A stretch of 50,286 bases of DNA from Macrostomum lignano. Taxonomy: Eukaryota. Positions 25,547 through 37,231 of the stretch are shown here, one piece after another (the stretch's first letter is position 1; each line of letters opens with the position of its first letter). Below the pieces are notes generated by a model that searched no databases, had not been told where the DNA came from, and saw nothing but the letters and a program-made list of their open reading frames with translations. The position numbers and the translations under genes were made by a program. Location of the stretch: positions 1 to 50,286 of the forward strand of contig NIVC01000756.1 in the NCBI GenBank assembly GCA_002269645.1, written 5' to 3'.

Positions 25547-27041
25547 ATTCTCCAGTGAGCTGAACCCCCACCCAAACCCCCGATTTTTCAGTGAGCCAGT
25601 CTGAACCCCCACCCAAACCCCCGATTCTTCAGTGAGCCAGTCTGAACCCCTCACCCAAAACCCCAATTCTTCAGTGAGCCAGACTGAACCCTCCACCCAA
25701 ACCCCCAATTCTTCAGTGAGCCAGACTGAACACCTCACCCAAAACCCCCAATTCTTCAGTGAGCCAGACTGAACACCTCACCCAAACCCCCAATTCTTCA
25801 GTGAGCCAGACTGAACCCCCCACCCAAACCCCCAATTCTTCAGTGAGCCAGACTGAACCCCCACCCAAACCCCCGATTCTTCAGTGAGCCAGTCTGAACC
25901 CCCACCCAAACCCCCAATTCTTCAGTGAGCCAGTCTGAACCCCCACCCAAACCCCCGATTCCTCAGTGAGCCAGTCTGAACCCCCACCCAAACCCCCGAT
26001 TCTTCAGTGAGCCAGTCTGAACCCCCACCCAAACCCCCGATTCTTCAGTGAGCCAGACTGAACCCCCCACCCAAACCCCCAATTCTTCAGTGAGCCAGTC
26101 TGAACCCCCACCCAAACCCCCAATTCTTCAGTGAGCCAGACTGAACCCCCACCCAAACCCCGATTCTTCAGTGAGCCAGACTGAACCCCTCACCCAAACC
26201 CCCAATTCTTCAGTGAGCCAGACTGAACCCCCCACCCAAACCCCCAATTCTTCAGTGAGCCAGTCTGAACCCCCACCCAAACCCCCGATTCTTCAGTGAG
26301 CCAGACTGAACCCCACCCAAACCCCGATTCTTCAGTGAGCCAGTCTGAACCCCCACCCAAACCCCCGATTCTTCAGTGAGCCAGACTGAACCCCCCACCC
26401 AAACCCCCAATTCTTCAGTGAGCCAGACTGAACCCCTCACCCAAACCCCCAATTCTTCAGTGAGCCAGTCTGAACCCCCACCCAAACCCCCGATTCTTCA
26501 GTGAGCCAGACTGAACCCCCACCCAAACCCCCAATTCTTCAGTGAGCCAGTCTGAACCCCACCCAAACCCCCAATTCTTCAGTGAGCCAGACTGAACCCC
26601 CACCCAAACCCCCAATTCTTCAGTGAGCCAGACTGAACCCCACCCAAACCCCCAATTCTTCAGTGAGCCAGACTGAACCCCCACCCAAACCCCCAATTCT
26701 TCAGTGAGCCAGTCTGAACCCCCACCCAAACCCCCAATTCTTCAGTGAGCCAGACTGAACCCCCACCCAAACCCCCAATTCTTCAGTGAGCCAGACTGAA
26801 CCCCTCACCCAAACCCCCAATTCTTCAGTGAGCCAGACTGAACCCCTCACCCAAACCCCAATTCTTCAGTGAGCCAGACTGAACCCCCACCCAAACCCCC
26901 GATTCTTCAGTGAGCCAGTCTGAACCCCCACCCAAACCCCCGATTCTTCAGTGAGCCAGACTGAACCCCCCACCCAAACCCCCAATTCTTCAGTGAGCCA
27001 GACTGAACCCCCCACCCAAACCCCCAATTCTTCAGTGAGCC
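25547..27041. repeat. Minisatellite, ~41-42-bp unit CCCAAACCCCC(A/G)ATTCTTCAGTGAGCCAG(A/T)CTGAACCCCCA
   Basis: About 36 copies. Confidence 0.97.
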
Positions 27042-28099
27042 AACCTCACGCAATAGAGAAAATGAACAAGAATAACTCGCAGAGAATTGCAGTACATTGG
27101 GTAATTAATATATTTGCACATGCACAACAAAATAGCTTCATAACACAGGGGCAATAAAACTTCGGAGCAAATTAAATAAGGAAAGTGATCGCCATTGCAT
27201 CTCTGTCAGTGTACAAATACCAGCATACTTTTATACTCAAAATATGAATTCAAATATGAGAAAATGTCAAAAGATTAAACCTTATTTATTGTCTTACTAA
27301 GTGCACAGGGCGGCAGCGCCCTTAAGTGGACAAAAAGGGTCACTCTTCAAAAATATACAAAGCATTAATAATATAGTATTTAGGGAACCAGCGCAGCAAT
27401 GCAAAAAATAATTTACTAATTAAACAGAAAGGTCACTGATCCCCAAGCCAGGGGAAAAGGAGAGACTCAGAGGAGCGCGAACAGGTGCATGCAATTAGGA
27501 TAAAAGACTGGCTTGAAAGCGAGAGGCAGAAATAATTAAAAATTTGAAAGATTTGCACGACTTCTTTTTGCCAATCCCACTTCAGCAAATGCCTGGAACT
27601 AACTCGGAGCCACAACTTAGCAAGCATCCTGATAGTTACGGCTTCATTGAAATAATAAATGGAATAATAAAGAAATAAATGAAATTAGATAAGTATAATA
27701 CGGAGCCAATAACAGTTTTTTACTTGCAAATTTTTGCTTTCTATTATAACTAGGGCCTTAAACTCTGAATAATGAATTATGATACATGTACTGCATACCC
27801 ATACATTTACGAGTTATTAGGCGCGCAGTCAGATGCTTGAGGCCAGCTAGCTACCATCGATTGCAGCACCCCCTGACCGCAACTCATGCCTGTCTCGCTA
27901 ATTACGATGGCCTGTAAATGAGCCGCGAGTGTGCACTTTGCCTTGGCCCATTGTACTTTGCTTTGATCAACCGAAACCGACCATTGCATTATCCATTTAC
28001 TCACACGACTGATGCACAAAAAGCTGCCAGGAAAAAGTGCTCAGAGGTGCTCATAGTAAGGCGGTCAGAGTGGCTACTTAACGATTGGCTAAATGAGTG

Positions 28100-28395
28100 A
28101 CTGACTCAGCACAGCATGATGGAGTCTGAGGGGAAGGAGACAGGCGGGCTGAGACTGACTGAGCACAGCATGATGGAGTCTGAGGGGAAGGAGACAGGCG
28201 GGCTGAGACTGACTGAGCACAGCATGATGGCGAGTCTGAGGGGAAGGAGACTGGCGGGCTGAGACTGACTGAGTACAGCATGATGGCGAGTCTGAGGGGA
28301 AGGAGACTGGCGGGCTGAGACTGACTGAGCACAGCATGATGGCGAGTCTGAGGGGAGGGGACAGGCGGGCTGAGACTGACTGAGCACAGCATGAG
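28100..28395. repeat. Minisatellite, 54-56-bp unit, probably within the UBXN6 3'UTR
   Basis: About 5 copies of TGACTGAGCACAGCATGATGG(C)GAGTCTGAGGGGAAGGAGAC(A/T)GGCGGGCTGAGAC. Confidence 0.93.
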
Positions 28396-28483
28396 GGAGT
28401 CACAGAGAAGGGCAAGCGGAATGAATACAGATAGTTGTCATGCATATTTTAAACTAACAGGTCAAGGGAGGGGGCGGCGGCCC

Positions 28484-28967
28484 TCAGACCAGCGGCTGGA
28501 CAAGAGCGGCCAGCGCAGGCCGCAGCCGGGAGGCCGACCCAGCCGCTGCCGCCCCATCGTCGGCGCTGACGGCCAGCGCCAGCACAGCGGCCGGACAGAG
28601 TCCCAGCTCCGCCAGGGTGCGCCCGTCGGCTTCGTCCAGACGCCGCTTGTCCGGCGACACCAATCGGAAGGCAGTGGCAGCCGAAGCTTCCAGGCATTCG
28701 TCGCGTAGCCAGCTGTAAATGTCGGCCAGCTGCTCCGTGGCGGCGAAGGTGGCCTGCAGGATGAGGCGGCCGCCGGGCAGGCGCACGCGGACCAGGCAGA
28801 ACCGGTAGCGCCGGGTCTCCCGCTGGCGCTCGCGCTCGCGCATTTGGCGCGTCCGCAGCATCTCCTCGGACTCGGCGGCCTGGCGCAAGCGGAGCCGCTC
28901 CAGTTCGAGCTCCTCGGGCGTCAGTGAATAGAAATCCTCGGGCAGGGCGACTCGGTTAGCGACTGAG
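28484..28967 (-). CDS. UBXN6: UBX domain-containing protein 6, exon 3 (UBX domain)
   Basis: Phase-2 acceptor atttcaattccAG. LPEDFYSLTPEE...MLRTRQMRE...RYRFCLVRVRLPGGRLILQATFAATEQL matches the UBXN6 C-terminal half. Confidence 0.93.
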
Positions 28968-29089
28968 CTGGAATTGAAATCAGCAACTGTTAAAACTTTT
29001 GCATGAAGCCCCTGGCAATGACTACAGAGATCGCCGCAACACGATTTTTCACATTGATGCCTACTTGAAACCTTGAGTTATTTTGGCCC

Positions 29090-29600
29090 CTTAAAAGCCA
29101 TTCTGACCCCTTAAAGGCCATTCTAACCGCTTAAAGGCCATTCTGACCTTTAAGAATGACCCCTTATTCTGAACCATTAAAGGTCATTCTGATCCTTTAA
29201 AGACCCATTCTGACCCCTTTAAAGACCCATTCTGACCCCTTCAAAGACCCATTCTGACCCCTTTAAAGACCCATTCTGACCCCTTTGAAGACCTATTCTG
29301 ACCCCTTCAAAGACCCATTCTGACCCCTTCAAAGACCCATTCTGACCCATTAAAGGCCATTCTGACCCCTTAAAGGCCATTCTGACCCCTTCAAAGACCC
29401 ATTCTGACCCCTTCAAAGACCCATTCTGACCCATTAAAGGCCATTCTGACCCCTTAAAGGCCATTCTGACCCCTTTAAAGACCCATTCTGACCCCTTTAA
29501 AGACCCATTCTGACCCCTTAAAGGCCATTCTGACCCCCTAAAAGAGCCATTCTGACCCCCTAAAAGAGCCATTCTGACCCCCTAAAAGATCCATTCCGAC
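29090..29600. repeat. Minisatellite, 21-22-bp unit CCATTCTGACCCCTT(C/T)AAAG(A/G)C
   Basis: About 23 copies in UBXN6 intron 2. Confidence 0.95.
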
Positions 29601-30704
29601 CCTTGAAAGCCTATTTGACACATTGAAAGCCCCTTTTCGTGCGGCATGGAGAGCCGGATGGTTAAACCAGAGAAATGACAACATTCGAGCATGGATTCCT
29701 AATGACGTTTTGATGTCGCTTAGGATTTCAATCCAAGTGTGCAAGTGTTCGAGTTGCAACAGGAGCAGCTGATCTGCAGAGCATCGGACTCACTCACTCA
29801 CTCAGTCATATTAAATGTCACCAAACAGGCAAAATCATCAAAGCGCTCGTAAATTCGGTAGGCATTGCAGCACCATAAAGCGGGGCACTTGAAGATCCCC
29901 GCCTGCTTTCTGTGACGCGGTGAAACTGGGAACTGTTCCACGCGGCAGCCATGCCGGATTTATCAATAATAATAAGCATTCGGATTCAAAATCAGCAAAC
30001 GAAGGAATATCAGGGTTTGCAATAATCTCGCTAATCCCGGCCAATGCCAAAATTAATGAAAAAATCTTATACGAGTAGTTCCGCACCCATGCTATTCAAA
30101 ACAAAACAAAACATATTAATCATAACACTGATGACAGTCACGGTGAAGCGAAAAGCTTAAAATACGCCTAAAAAAAGGGGATATTTATAATTCCAAGCCA
30201 AAAATATTCCCAGTGTGAATACGCGCCTCTACTCGACATTTTCGAATTCACGGGAGCGACAGGCGAAAAAGCCAGACGGAACGCCAAAATGAGGACGGGC
30301 GGGATTTTAACGAATCACGACCTGGGGATCAAATAGGAAAGAACCCGGGCCGCCCACGCAAGCACGATAATAGCCGTTTAGAAATCGAAGCACGACTCGG
30401 GCAAAATCGAATGTATCCAGCGACAAATTTGGCAATAGAAGCAGGGCGACATCCAGCCTTGGCTCGCCCGGTTGAGCAAAAATCAAATTAACCGGGGAAG
30501 CCGGTATAATGCATGCACAATAAACTCTATCTATACAAATGTGTGAAACTCTTTGCTACTTAAAGTAGTTATATGGAAAAAGTTTCTGATTTACTAGACC
30601 AAACAGGGAAGCGGGAAATGGATATACTCGTAGTAACTAAGTGGAGTCACGTTAACTAAGGCCCAGAGAGGGAGAGCAAATGGGGCAGAGGAGACCAGAG
30701 GGAA

Positions 30705-31652
30705 CTATAGACGGCAACCTGAGGGAGATTAGAGAAAAACGGGGATCTGAGAGAGATTAGATATGAATGGGGATCTGAGGGAGATTAGATATGAATGGGA
30801 TCTGAAAGAGATTAGATATGAATGAGGATCTGAGAGGAAATAGAGATAAATCGGGATATGAGGGAGATTGAAGGTCAGAAGGATCAGAAGGGAGATCGGT
30901 GAAGGTCAGAAGGATCAGAAGGGAGATCGGTGAAGGTCAGAAGGATCAGAAGGGAGATCGGTGAAGGTCAGAAGGATCAGAAGGGAGATCGGTGAAGGTC
31001 AGAAGGATCAGAAGGGAGATCGGTGATGGTCAGAAGGATCAGAAGGGAGATCGGTGAAGGTCAGAAGCATACATGCGCAACAGTCGGCCGAGTCGGCCGA
31101 TCCGGCCGACCGATTTGGCGGCCAACCAAGGAAGTCGCAAAAATGCCCACCCAAAAAATTCCTAAGTAGTACTAAGTAGCTGACGAGGCATTTTGGCTTA
31201 ATGACAGTTATAGTTACTCCTGCCGTTTACCCAAGGTTGCGTTAAATTTGCTTTACGGTTTTTTCACATGTAAGTCGCATTTTTGGCCAAAAACAATGTC
31301 GCATTTTGTTAAAAACTAAGTCGCACGGCCGACCGAATTTTGGAGGTTGCGCATGTATGGTCAGAAGGATCAGAAGGGAGATCGGTGAAGGTCAGAAGGA
31401 TCAGAAGGGAGATCGGTGAAGGTCAGAAGGATCAGAAGGGAGATCGGTGAAGGTCAGAAGGATCAAAAGGGAGATCGGTGAAGGTCAGAAGTATCAGAAG
31501 GGAGATCGGTGATGGTCAGAAGGATCAAAAGGGAGATCGGTGAAGGTCAGAAGGATCAGGAGGGAGTGAAGGTCAGAAGGATCAGGAGGGAGTGAAGGTC
31601 AGAAGGATCAGGAGGGAGTGAAGGTCAGAAGGATCAGGAGGGAGTGAAGGTC
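30705..31652. repeat. Compound purine-rich minisatellite (degenerate ~28-bp, then 31-bp GGTCAGAAGGATCAGAAGGGAGATCGGTGAA, then a 26-bp variant), interrupted by the hAT MITE
   Basis: Visible directly, in UBXN6 intron 2. Confidence 0.93.
31068..31359. mobile_element. 292-bp hAT-like MITE
   Basis: Perfect 14-bp TIR CATACATGCGCAAC/GTTGCGCATGTATG and an 8-bp TSD GTCAGAAG (31060-31067 and 31360-31367). Removing the element and one TSD restores the host minisatellite unit. Confidence 0.9.
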
Positions 31653-31674
31653 AGACAGATTTGCGGGCTCTTAC

Positions 31675-32129
31675 GCGGCACTTCCGGGCGAGATCTCCAG
31701 CAGGGAGGTGCAGCGGTCCAGCAGCGGCTCGATGCCCTCGGCGGTCTGCAGGCACTCGAGCGCCGCGGCCAGGGCTTCCAAGTCGGCCTCGGGCGGCAGG
31801 ACGAGGAAGTCCTCGCCAGAGTCGCCCGCCTGGCGCTGGAAGCCGCAGGCCAGCAGGAAGTCGAGCGCAGACTCGCAGGCGGGGTGGACGCGCTGTTGGA
31901 AGACCGCGTTGCCGAGGCGGATTCGCCTGTACTTCTCCTCGCCCGGGTTGGCCAGCACATTGTTGACGTACTTGGCGATTGTCTGGGCGCACTCCTCAGC
32001 CCGGTCGGCCGGGTTCAGCGTCCGGATGGCCACAGCCGCGCACAGGGCCGAGTCCTGACCCATCTGCTCGGCCAGGAACTGCCGGATCTTCGGCTTCCAC
32101 TCCTCCCAGGACAGCGACTCCGGACTCAC
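31675..32129 (-). CDS. UBXN6: UBX domain-containing protein 6, exon 2 (PUB domain)
   Basis: Acceptor cactcactccAG and phase-2 donor GC|GTAAGA. TIAKYVNNVLANPGEEKYRRIRLGNAVFQQRV...FLLACGF is a PUB domain. Confidence 0.93.
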
Positions 32130-32472
32130 CTGGAGTGAGTGGGGTTGTTGTGTATTGAACGCGTGGGTTTTTTATGCGACTGAGAATTGCGAATAAGAAT
32201 CGTGGAGTCTCGACTGACTCCGCTGCTTTTTATTAATATTGGTAAATGAGCATGCACGTTGAGTGTATACACTTGGCAGATTGGCTTGAATTAAATGTTA
32301 CGCAATGCTTTGAGTTGATCGAGAATTGAATACAATATTGAATACATTGAAAAATAAATAGGATACGACTGAAGTACTCAATAGTCCATACTCGCGCCAC
32401 AACAGGGGGCAGCAAGGGTTTATTGTCGGGGTCATTGTTTCTGAAGGGAAACCTTCATCTCTGACAGCGCAT

Positions 32473-33108
32473 TATGGATTGAGAATCCCCATTGCTTAGT
32501 GGGGATTTCCCTGTTAGTTATGAATTGTAAATCCCCATTGCTGAGCGGGGATTTCCCTACTAGTTATGGATTGGGAATCCCCATAGCTGAGCGGGGATTT
32601 CCCTACCAGTTATGGATTGGGAATCCCCATAGCTGAGCGGGGATTTCCCTACTAGTTATGGATTGGGAATCCCCATAGCTGAGCGGGGATTTCCCTACTA
32701 GTTATGGATTGGGAATCCCCATAGCTGAGCGGGGATTTTCCTACTAGTTTCGGATTGGGAATCCCCATAGCTGAGCGGGGATTTCCCTACCAGTTATGGA
32801 TTGGGAATCCCCATAGCTGAGCGGGGATTTCCCTACTAGTTATGGATTGGGAATCCCCATAGCTGAGCGGGGATTTCCCTACTAGTTATGGATTGGGAAT
32901 CCCCATAGCTGAGCGGGGATTTTCCTACTAGTTTCGGATTGGGAATCCCCATAGCTGAGCGGGGATTTCCCTACTAGTTATGGATTGGGAATCCCCATAG
33001 CTGAGCGGGGATTTCCCTACTAGTTATGGATTGGGAATCCCCATAGCTGAGCGGGGATTTCCCTACTAGTTATGGATTGAGAATCCCCATAGCTGAGCGG
33101 GGATTTCT
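32473..33108. repeat. Minisatellite, 46-bp unit GAGCGGGGATTTCCCTACTAGTTATGGATTGGGAATCCCCATAGCT
   Basis: About 14 copies; period verified (32589 to 32635). In UBXN6 intron 1. Confidence 0.97.
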
Positions 33109-33179
33109 CTAGTACTGAATTAGAGCAACCCAAATAGTAACCCAGAAGCCGCCCCGCAACAAGCCAGCGAGCCACCAAC

Positions 33180-33590
33180 CAGCGGGCACTTAAAGTAGAC
33201 GCCCTTAACGGCCAGCACTGGCGCGGCATCCGTGTTGATCTCAACCGGCTCAGAGAATTTGTCCACAGCCAGCTGCCTGTCCTGCTGCTCCAGCTGAATC
33301 TCCTGGCGAACCTCGGCCTCGGTGCGCAGGCCGCTGCCCCGCAACCCGCCGATCGGGCGTGGCGCCTTCTTCTCGGCCTCGGCGCGTTCCAACCGAGCCA
33401 GAGCGGCGGCGCCGGCGCGGGCGGCGGAGGCCGAGGGCGCTAAGCGCGGAGTGGACGCGGACGAAGCCGCAGCAGCGGCGGCCTGCGCATTCCGCTGGGT
33501 GCTGCTGTCGCACAGGCGCTGGCCGGGGCCGATGCGAGAGAATTTCTTCTCGCGCTTTTTGTCTTCAAACCATTTCTTAATGGCAGACAT
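33180..33590 (-). CDS. UBXN6: UBX domain-containing protein 6, exon 1
   Basis: MSAIKKWFEDKKREKKFSRIGPGQRL, the VIM-like AAALARLE and AAPVLAVKGVYFKCPL, then a phase-0 donor CTG|GTTGGT. The three exons splice to an uninterrupted 449-aa ORF. Confidence 0.92.
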
Positions 33591-34226
33591 GGTTCGCTAA
33601 TGAGTAGTCAGTGCACATGCGTGAAAGAGCGACGTTTTTCGTTTGGCTTTAACTAGATTTTAAGGAAATCATGAATAGAATAGAAATCTTAATGCACAAG
33701 TATTTGTCATTCCATTTATCACTTTAAAACAACTCTACTACTTTACTAAAATATCTTAAATTATGATATAACTTATTGCCTAGATATAAAATTAAGCAGT
33801 AAAATTTTATAAGCTTAAAATGATTTTATAGCCCTAGATAAATTGACATGGCTAATATATTATTTAGCATATCAATAGTTACTTTAAATAAGCAAAGAGG
33901 TCTGCAAAGCAATATGTAATAATAGTAACTATAAGCCTAGCACTAAAATCTATTATAACTGTAAATAATTTATTTGTATTTTATTTTGAGTTGAAGACAC
34001 AAAACCAAGCAATTGAGATGCCAGTCCAAATGTATATATTTGTAAGACACTTAACTGTGCAAGTTAAATTTCTAGCAAATACAAATTTAAACTGTGCAAT
34101 AGAATGCAAGGGAGGGGGTAGAAAATAATAATTAAAACAAGTCAGCATGTGCAATAGAGAGTGAGTAGAAGGCACAACCAAAAGGCAGGATAAAATGATA
34201 AATATAAGATACAGAGAGATAGCCAA

Positions 34227-35339
34227 CAGGGAATACAATTCCAGGATCCCAAAATCTAGGATTAGGCCCAAATCCTGGGATTTCAATTATGCCTGAATCC
34301 TGGGATTCTAAATCCTGGGATCACACTTGTCCAGGATTCAAAAATCCCAGGATTGACCATTTGGATCCCGATGCTGGCTTGCAATAATTCAATCATTCAT
34401 TATCTAGTAGTAGTATCTGCAGCTAAGCTACTGTCAGGTGAAAATCATATCCTAGTTGTCCTACTTTGATTTATTAATCTTTTAAACATGTAGGCTAGTG
34501 AGAAAGCTAAGGCTGCAGGGATACAAAACTGAAGCTGTTGTAAGATTGTAGGAGATTTCAGGTGCAATAATATATATGCAACTGTGTGCATATGGTACTC
34601 ACAGACTAATTTAATTTTTATTCTAAAACCCGTACACAGAGTCTAAAGCAATAGAGGCCAATTCCTCATTGGTTCCAATCACAGTGCTATAGCTTGCTAG
34701 ATGGGAGTCAAATCATGAAATCATTGTTCATTTGAATGATCTCAAACCCAGCTAAAATCAGGGGGTCACGACCTTGCATAGATTAGAAGCCCCCCCTTAT
34801 ATGAAAGACCTCATTCTTAGCACTGTTGGGACATCCTTTAGATGTCCAACATAGAGGTGGTAGCAGAACTATATATACTTTAAGCAGTCTCTACCTTTAA
34901 AACTGATCCCTTTCTACCCTGGTATTAGTACCTTGGGCTATAACTCTATAAGCTATCATTCCCTAGGCTATATCACAATCAAGTGTGATTTTCATGAGCT
35001 GATACTGGCATGTAAAATAGCATATCTAATATGCTAGTCTATACATCACATTCCAATTCAGAGCTCACTGTCAGTTTTTTGTGACCAAAATATTTTGTTC
35101 TAATCTACTTTATTATTGAAAGCCATTTAAAATCAGATTCAATGGTTTCATAAACCAAAATTGTACCAACAAAAATTAGAAACTTTTTTATCCCAGGATC
35201 CTAGCCCAATTTGTTGGGATACCAGGATTGGCAAAGTCCAGGATATCCCAATCCAAGAATCTTGAGATTTTTTAAAGTCTGAGATATCCCAATCCTAGGA
35301 ATCCTAGGATTGACAAAACTTGGGATTTTGTATTCCTTA
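34227..35339. mobile_element. Decayed non-autonomous hAT-like element (1113 bp)
   Basis: Imperfect TIRs CAGGGAATACAA and TAAGGAATACAA (reverse complement). 8-bp TSD ATAGCCAA/ATTGCCAA (7 of 8 match). Clusters of degenerate ATCCCGGGAT subterminal repeats lie at both ends. Confidence 0.75.
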
Positions 35340-36920
35340 ATTGCCAATTAGAATAAGAAGAAACAAAATTCAACAATGCATAAGAAAGGAGCAAGAGACA
35401 GAAGGTGAAAAACAAATAAAGAAAGTTGTTACAAGTATTAAGCATTAGCTAAAATAGACCTTGCTATTTGGGTTTATAGAAATAAGGCCAATGGCAAATG
35501 ATTTGCTATCTATATAGCTTTTAAAGCCTGATAATCTAATCTAGTTAGTTTTGCAATATTATTTTTAATAGTAAATATAACAATTAAACAAGATCAACAG
35601 TCAGTCAATTAGGCAGTTAGTTAGAAACATTAGTCATAATAGATAATAATGTGCTACTTAAAATAGCATAGTACCAAATGCTAAGCTAAAATAGAGGTGG
35701 CACTAGAGAAACTTTTCTAGATATGCCTCAAAGAGGGCATTGGAAATGCCATGCATGTTTTGAAACTTTCACTTAATTAGTGCCTAGGATTATTTTTATA
35801 GTATTACAAGTAGTGTAACAATGTAACAATGCATACATTGTTGGCCTATAGACTTTAACTATAGACTATTGACTTGCCTTGTACAAGAGACTTCTATATC
35901 CTATCCTTTTTGGCCATAGATATTAGATATCATTTTTTAATGTTGTACTATGTACACCAATTCAAACTTGAAAATAATATTACAAAACAATATAAAATAT
36001 AGCCAAAAGTCCCTATTTTGAATCTAACTAGAAGTGCTAAATTTTTTAGATCAGCTTAAAGGTAAGTATTTTTGATATTTCCCTCTATAGTCTATTGCCA
36101 ATTATAGATAGTGCAAGTGTATTTTGTTGTTAGTATTATAGAAAGCCTCTAGAGAGTTTATTTTTAGTCTAATTTTAATAGAAAATTGTTATAATAAAGC
36201 AAGTAAACATTACTATAATTAAAAATAATAACAAAAGCTTTCTTTATATTTGTTAAAGTAAAACCCAAATAAAAGTATGAAATTTTTTTTTCCATTTTAA
36301 CTTTAAGGACATATTCACTTCACTTTTTAAAAGAAATAACAATAACCAATCTCTATAACAGCCAAGGTTTGAACTATGCTGGACAACCCCATTTTCTATG
36401 CTAGACTATGCCAATGTACCAGACTGTGCCTACATTGCCAGGGGCCAATCTGTGCTAGTCCCAAACACTCTACTATAATGATGGCCATTTATTGGTTACA
36501 AATTAACATTGTACTACAATAGGGAAATCAATGGGTCAATAATATAGACATGTCATACCTAAAATTATCAATCTACTTGTAAAAATATGATTTAATAATT
36601 TCATGCCAAAAAATAAATTACTTTCTGTTTGTTATTTGTTACTAATCTTTGGATAGTATCAGAAACAATAATGATATTAGAAGTGAATTACTCTGTATAT
36701 AAAAAACTAGCAGGTATACATGACCAATCATGTAATAATGCATAATTTGATACAAATTTTTACTAAGCTAAGACTAAGAGAATATTAAGCATTCGAGCAT
36801 TAAATCTGCGACGAGGACTCAATTATCATTAAAACGATACTGCTACGATTTCGCTTTAGGTAAAGAAAGGTAACTTTTAATTTTTAATCAAATGACCGAT
36901 GATGAGCCCTTTTTTACAAC

Positions 36921-37231
36921 CGCAATGGCTAGAGTTCCGGCACCGGAACCCATTTTCTAACGGCTATATGGTCTTATGGATCCGGCCAGTGGTATTCCAG
37001 TAGTGCAATTTATGGGTATAATATAGCTAGCAGAAACATTTTACTTTTTAACGGGTGGTTGATATTGAGATTTTGTTCAAGATAAGATCAAAACGAAGCG
37101 ATAAGATTCAAATCAAGATACTTCTAATGTTCAAGACTTCATTAGTAGATATTAGATAACTGCCTGCAGAAGACTGCCGGATCCATAGCCATTAGAAAAC
37201 CGGTTCCGGTGCCGGAACCCTAGCCATTACC
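36921..37231. mobile_element. 311-bp MITE, Mutator-like by TSD length
   Basis: About 55-65-bp TIRs (AATGGCTAG[A/G]GTTCCGGCACCGGAACC...TTTTCTAA[C/T]GGCTAT...GGATCCGGC). Flanking 9-mers TTTTACAAC (36912-36920) and TTTTACAGC (37232-37240). Confidence 0.7.

Noticed and set aside
27180-27700. AT-rich segment ending in clustered AATAAA, like a retroelement 3' tail
   Set aside because: No RT or endonuclease remnant and no TSD could be identified.
29838-30086. 82-aa ORF with a signal-peptide-like start inside UBXN6 intron 2
   Set aside because: GTG start, no recognisable domain, no splice support.
1515-33108. Many repeat units contain 6-bp palindromes (CTGCAG, ATGCAT, TGTACA, CCATGG, CTCGAG, ACTAGT)
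   Set aside because: A 30-bp unit contains a 6-bp palindrome by chance about 40% of the time, similar to what is observed.
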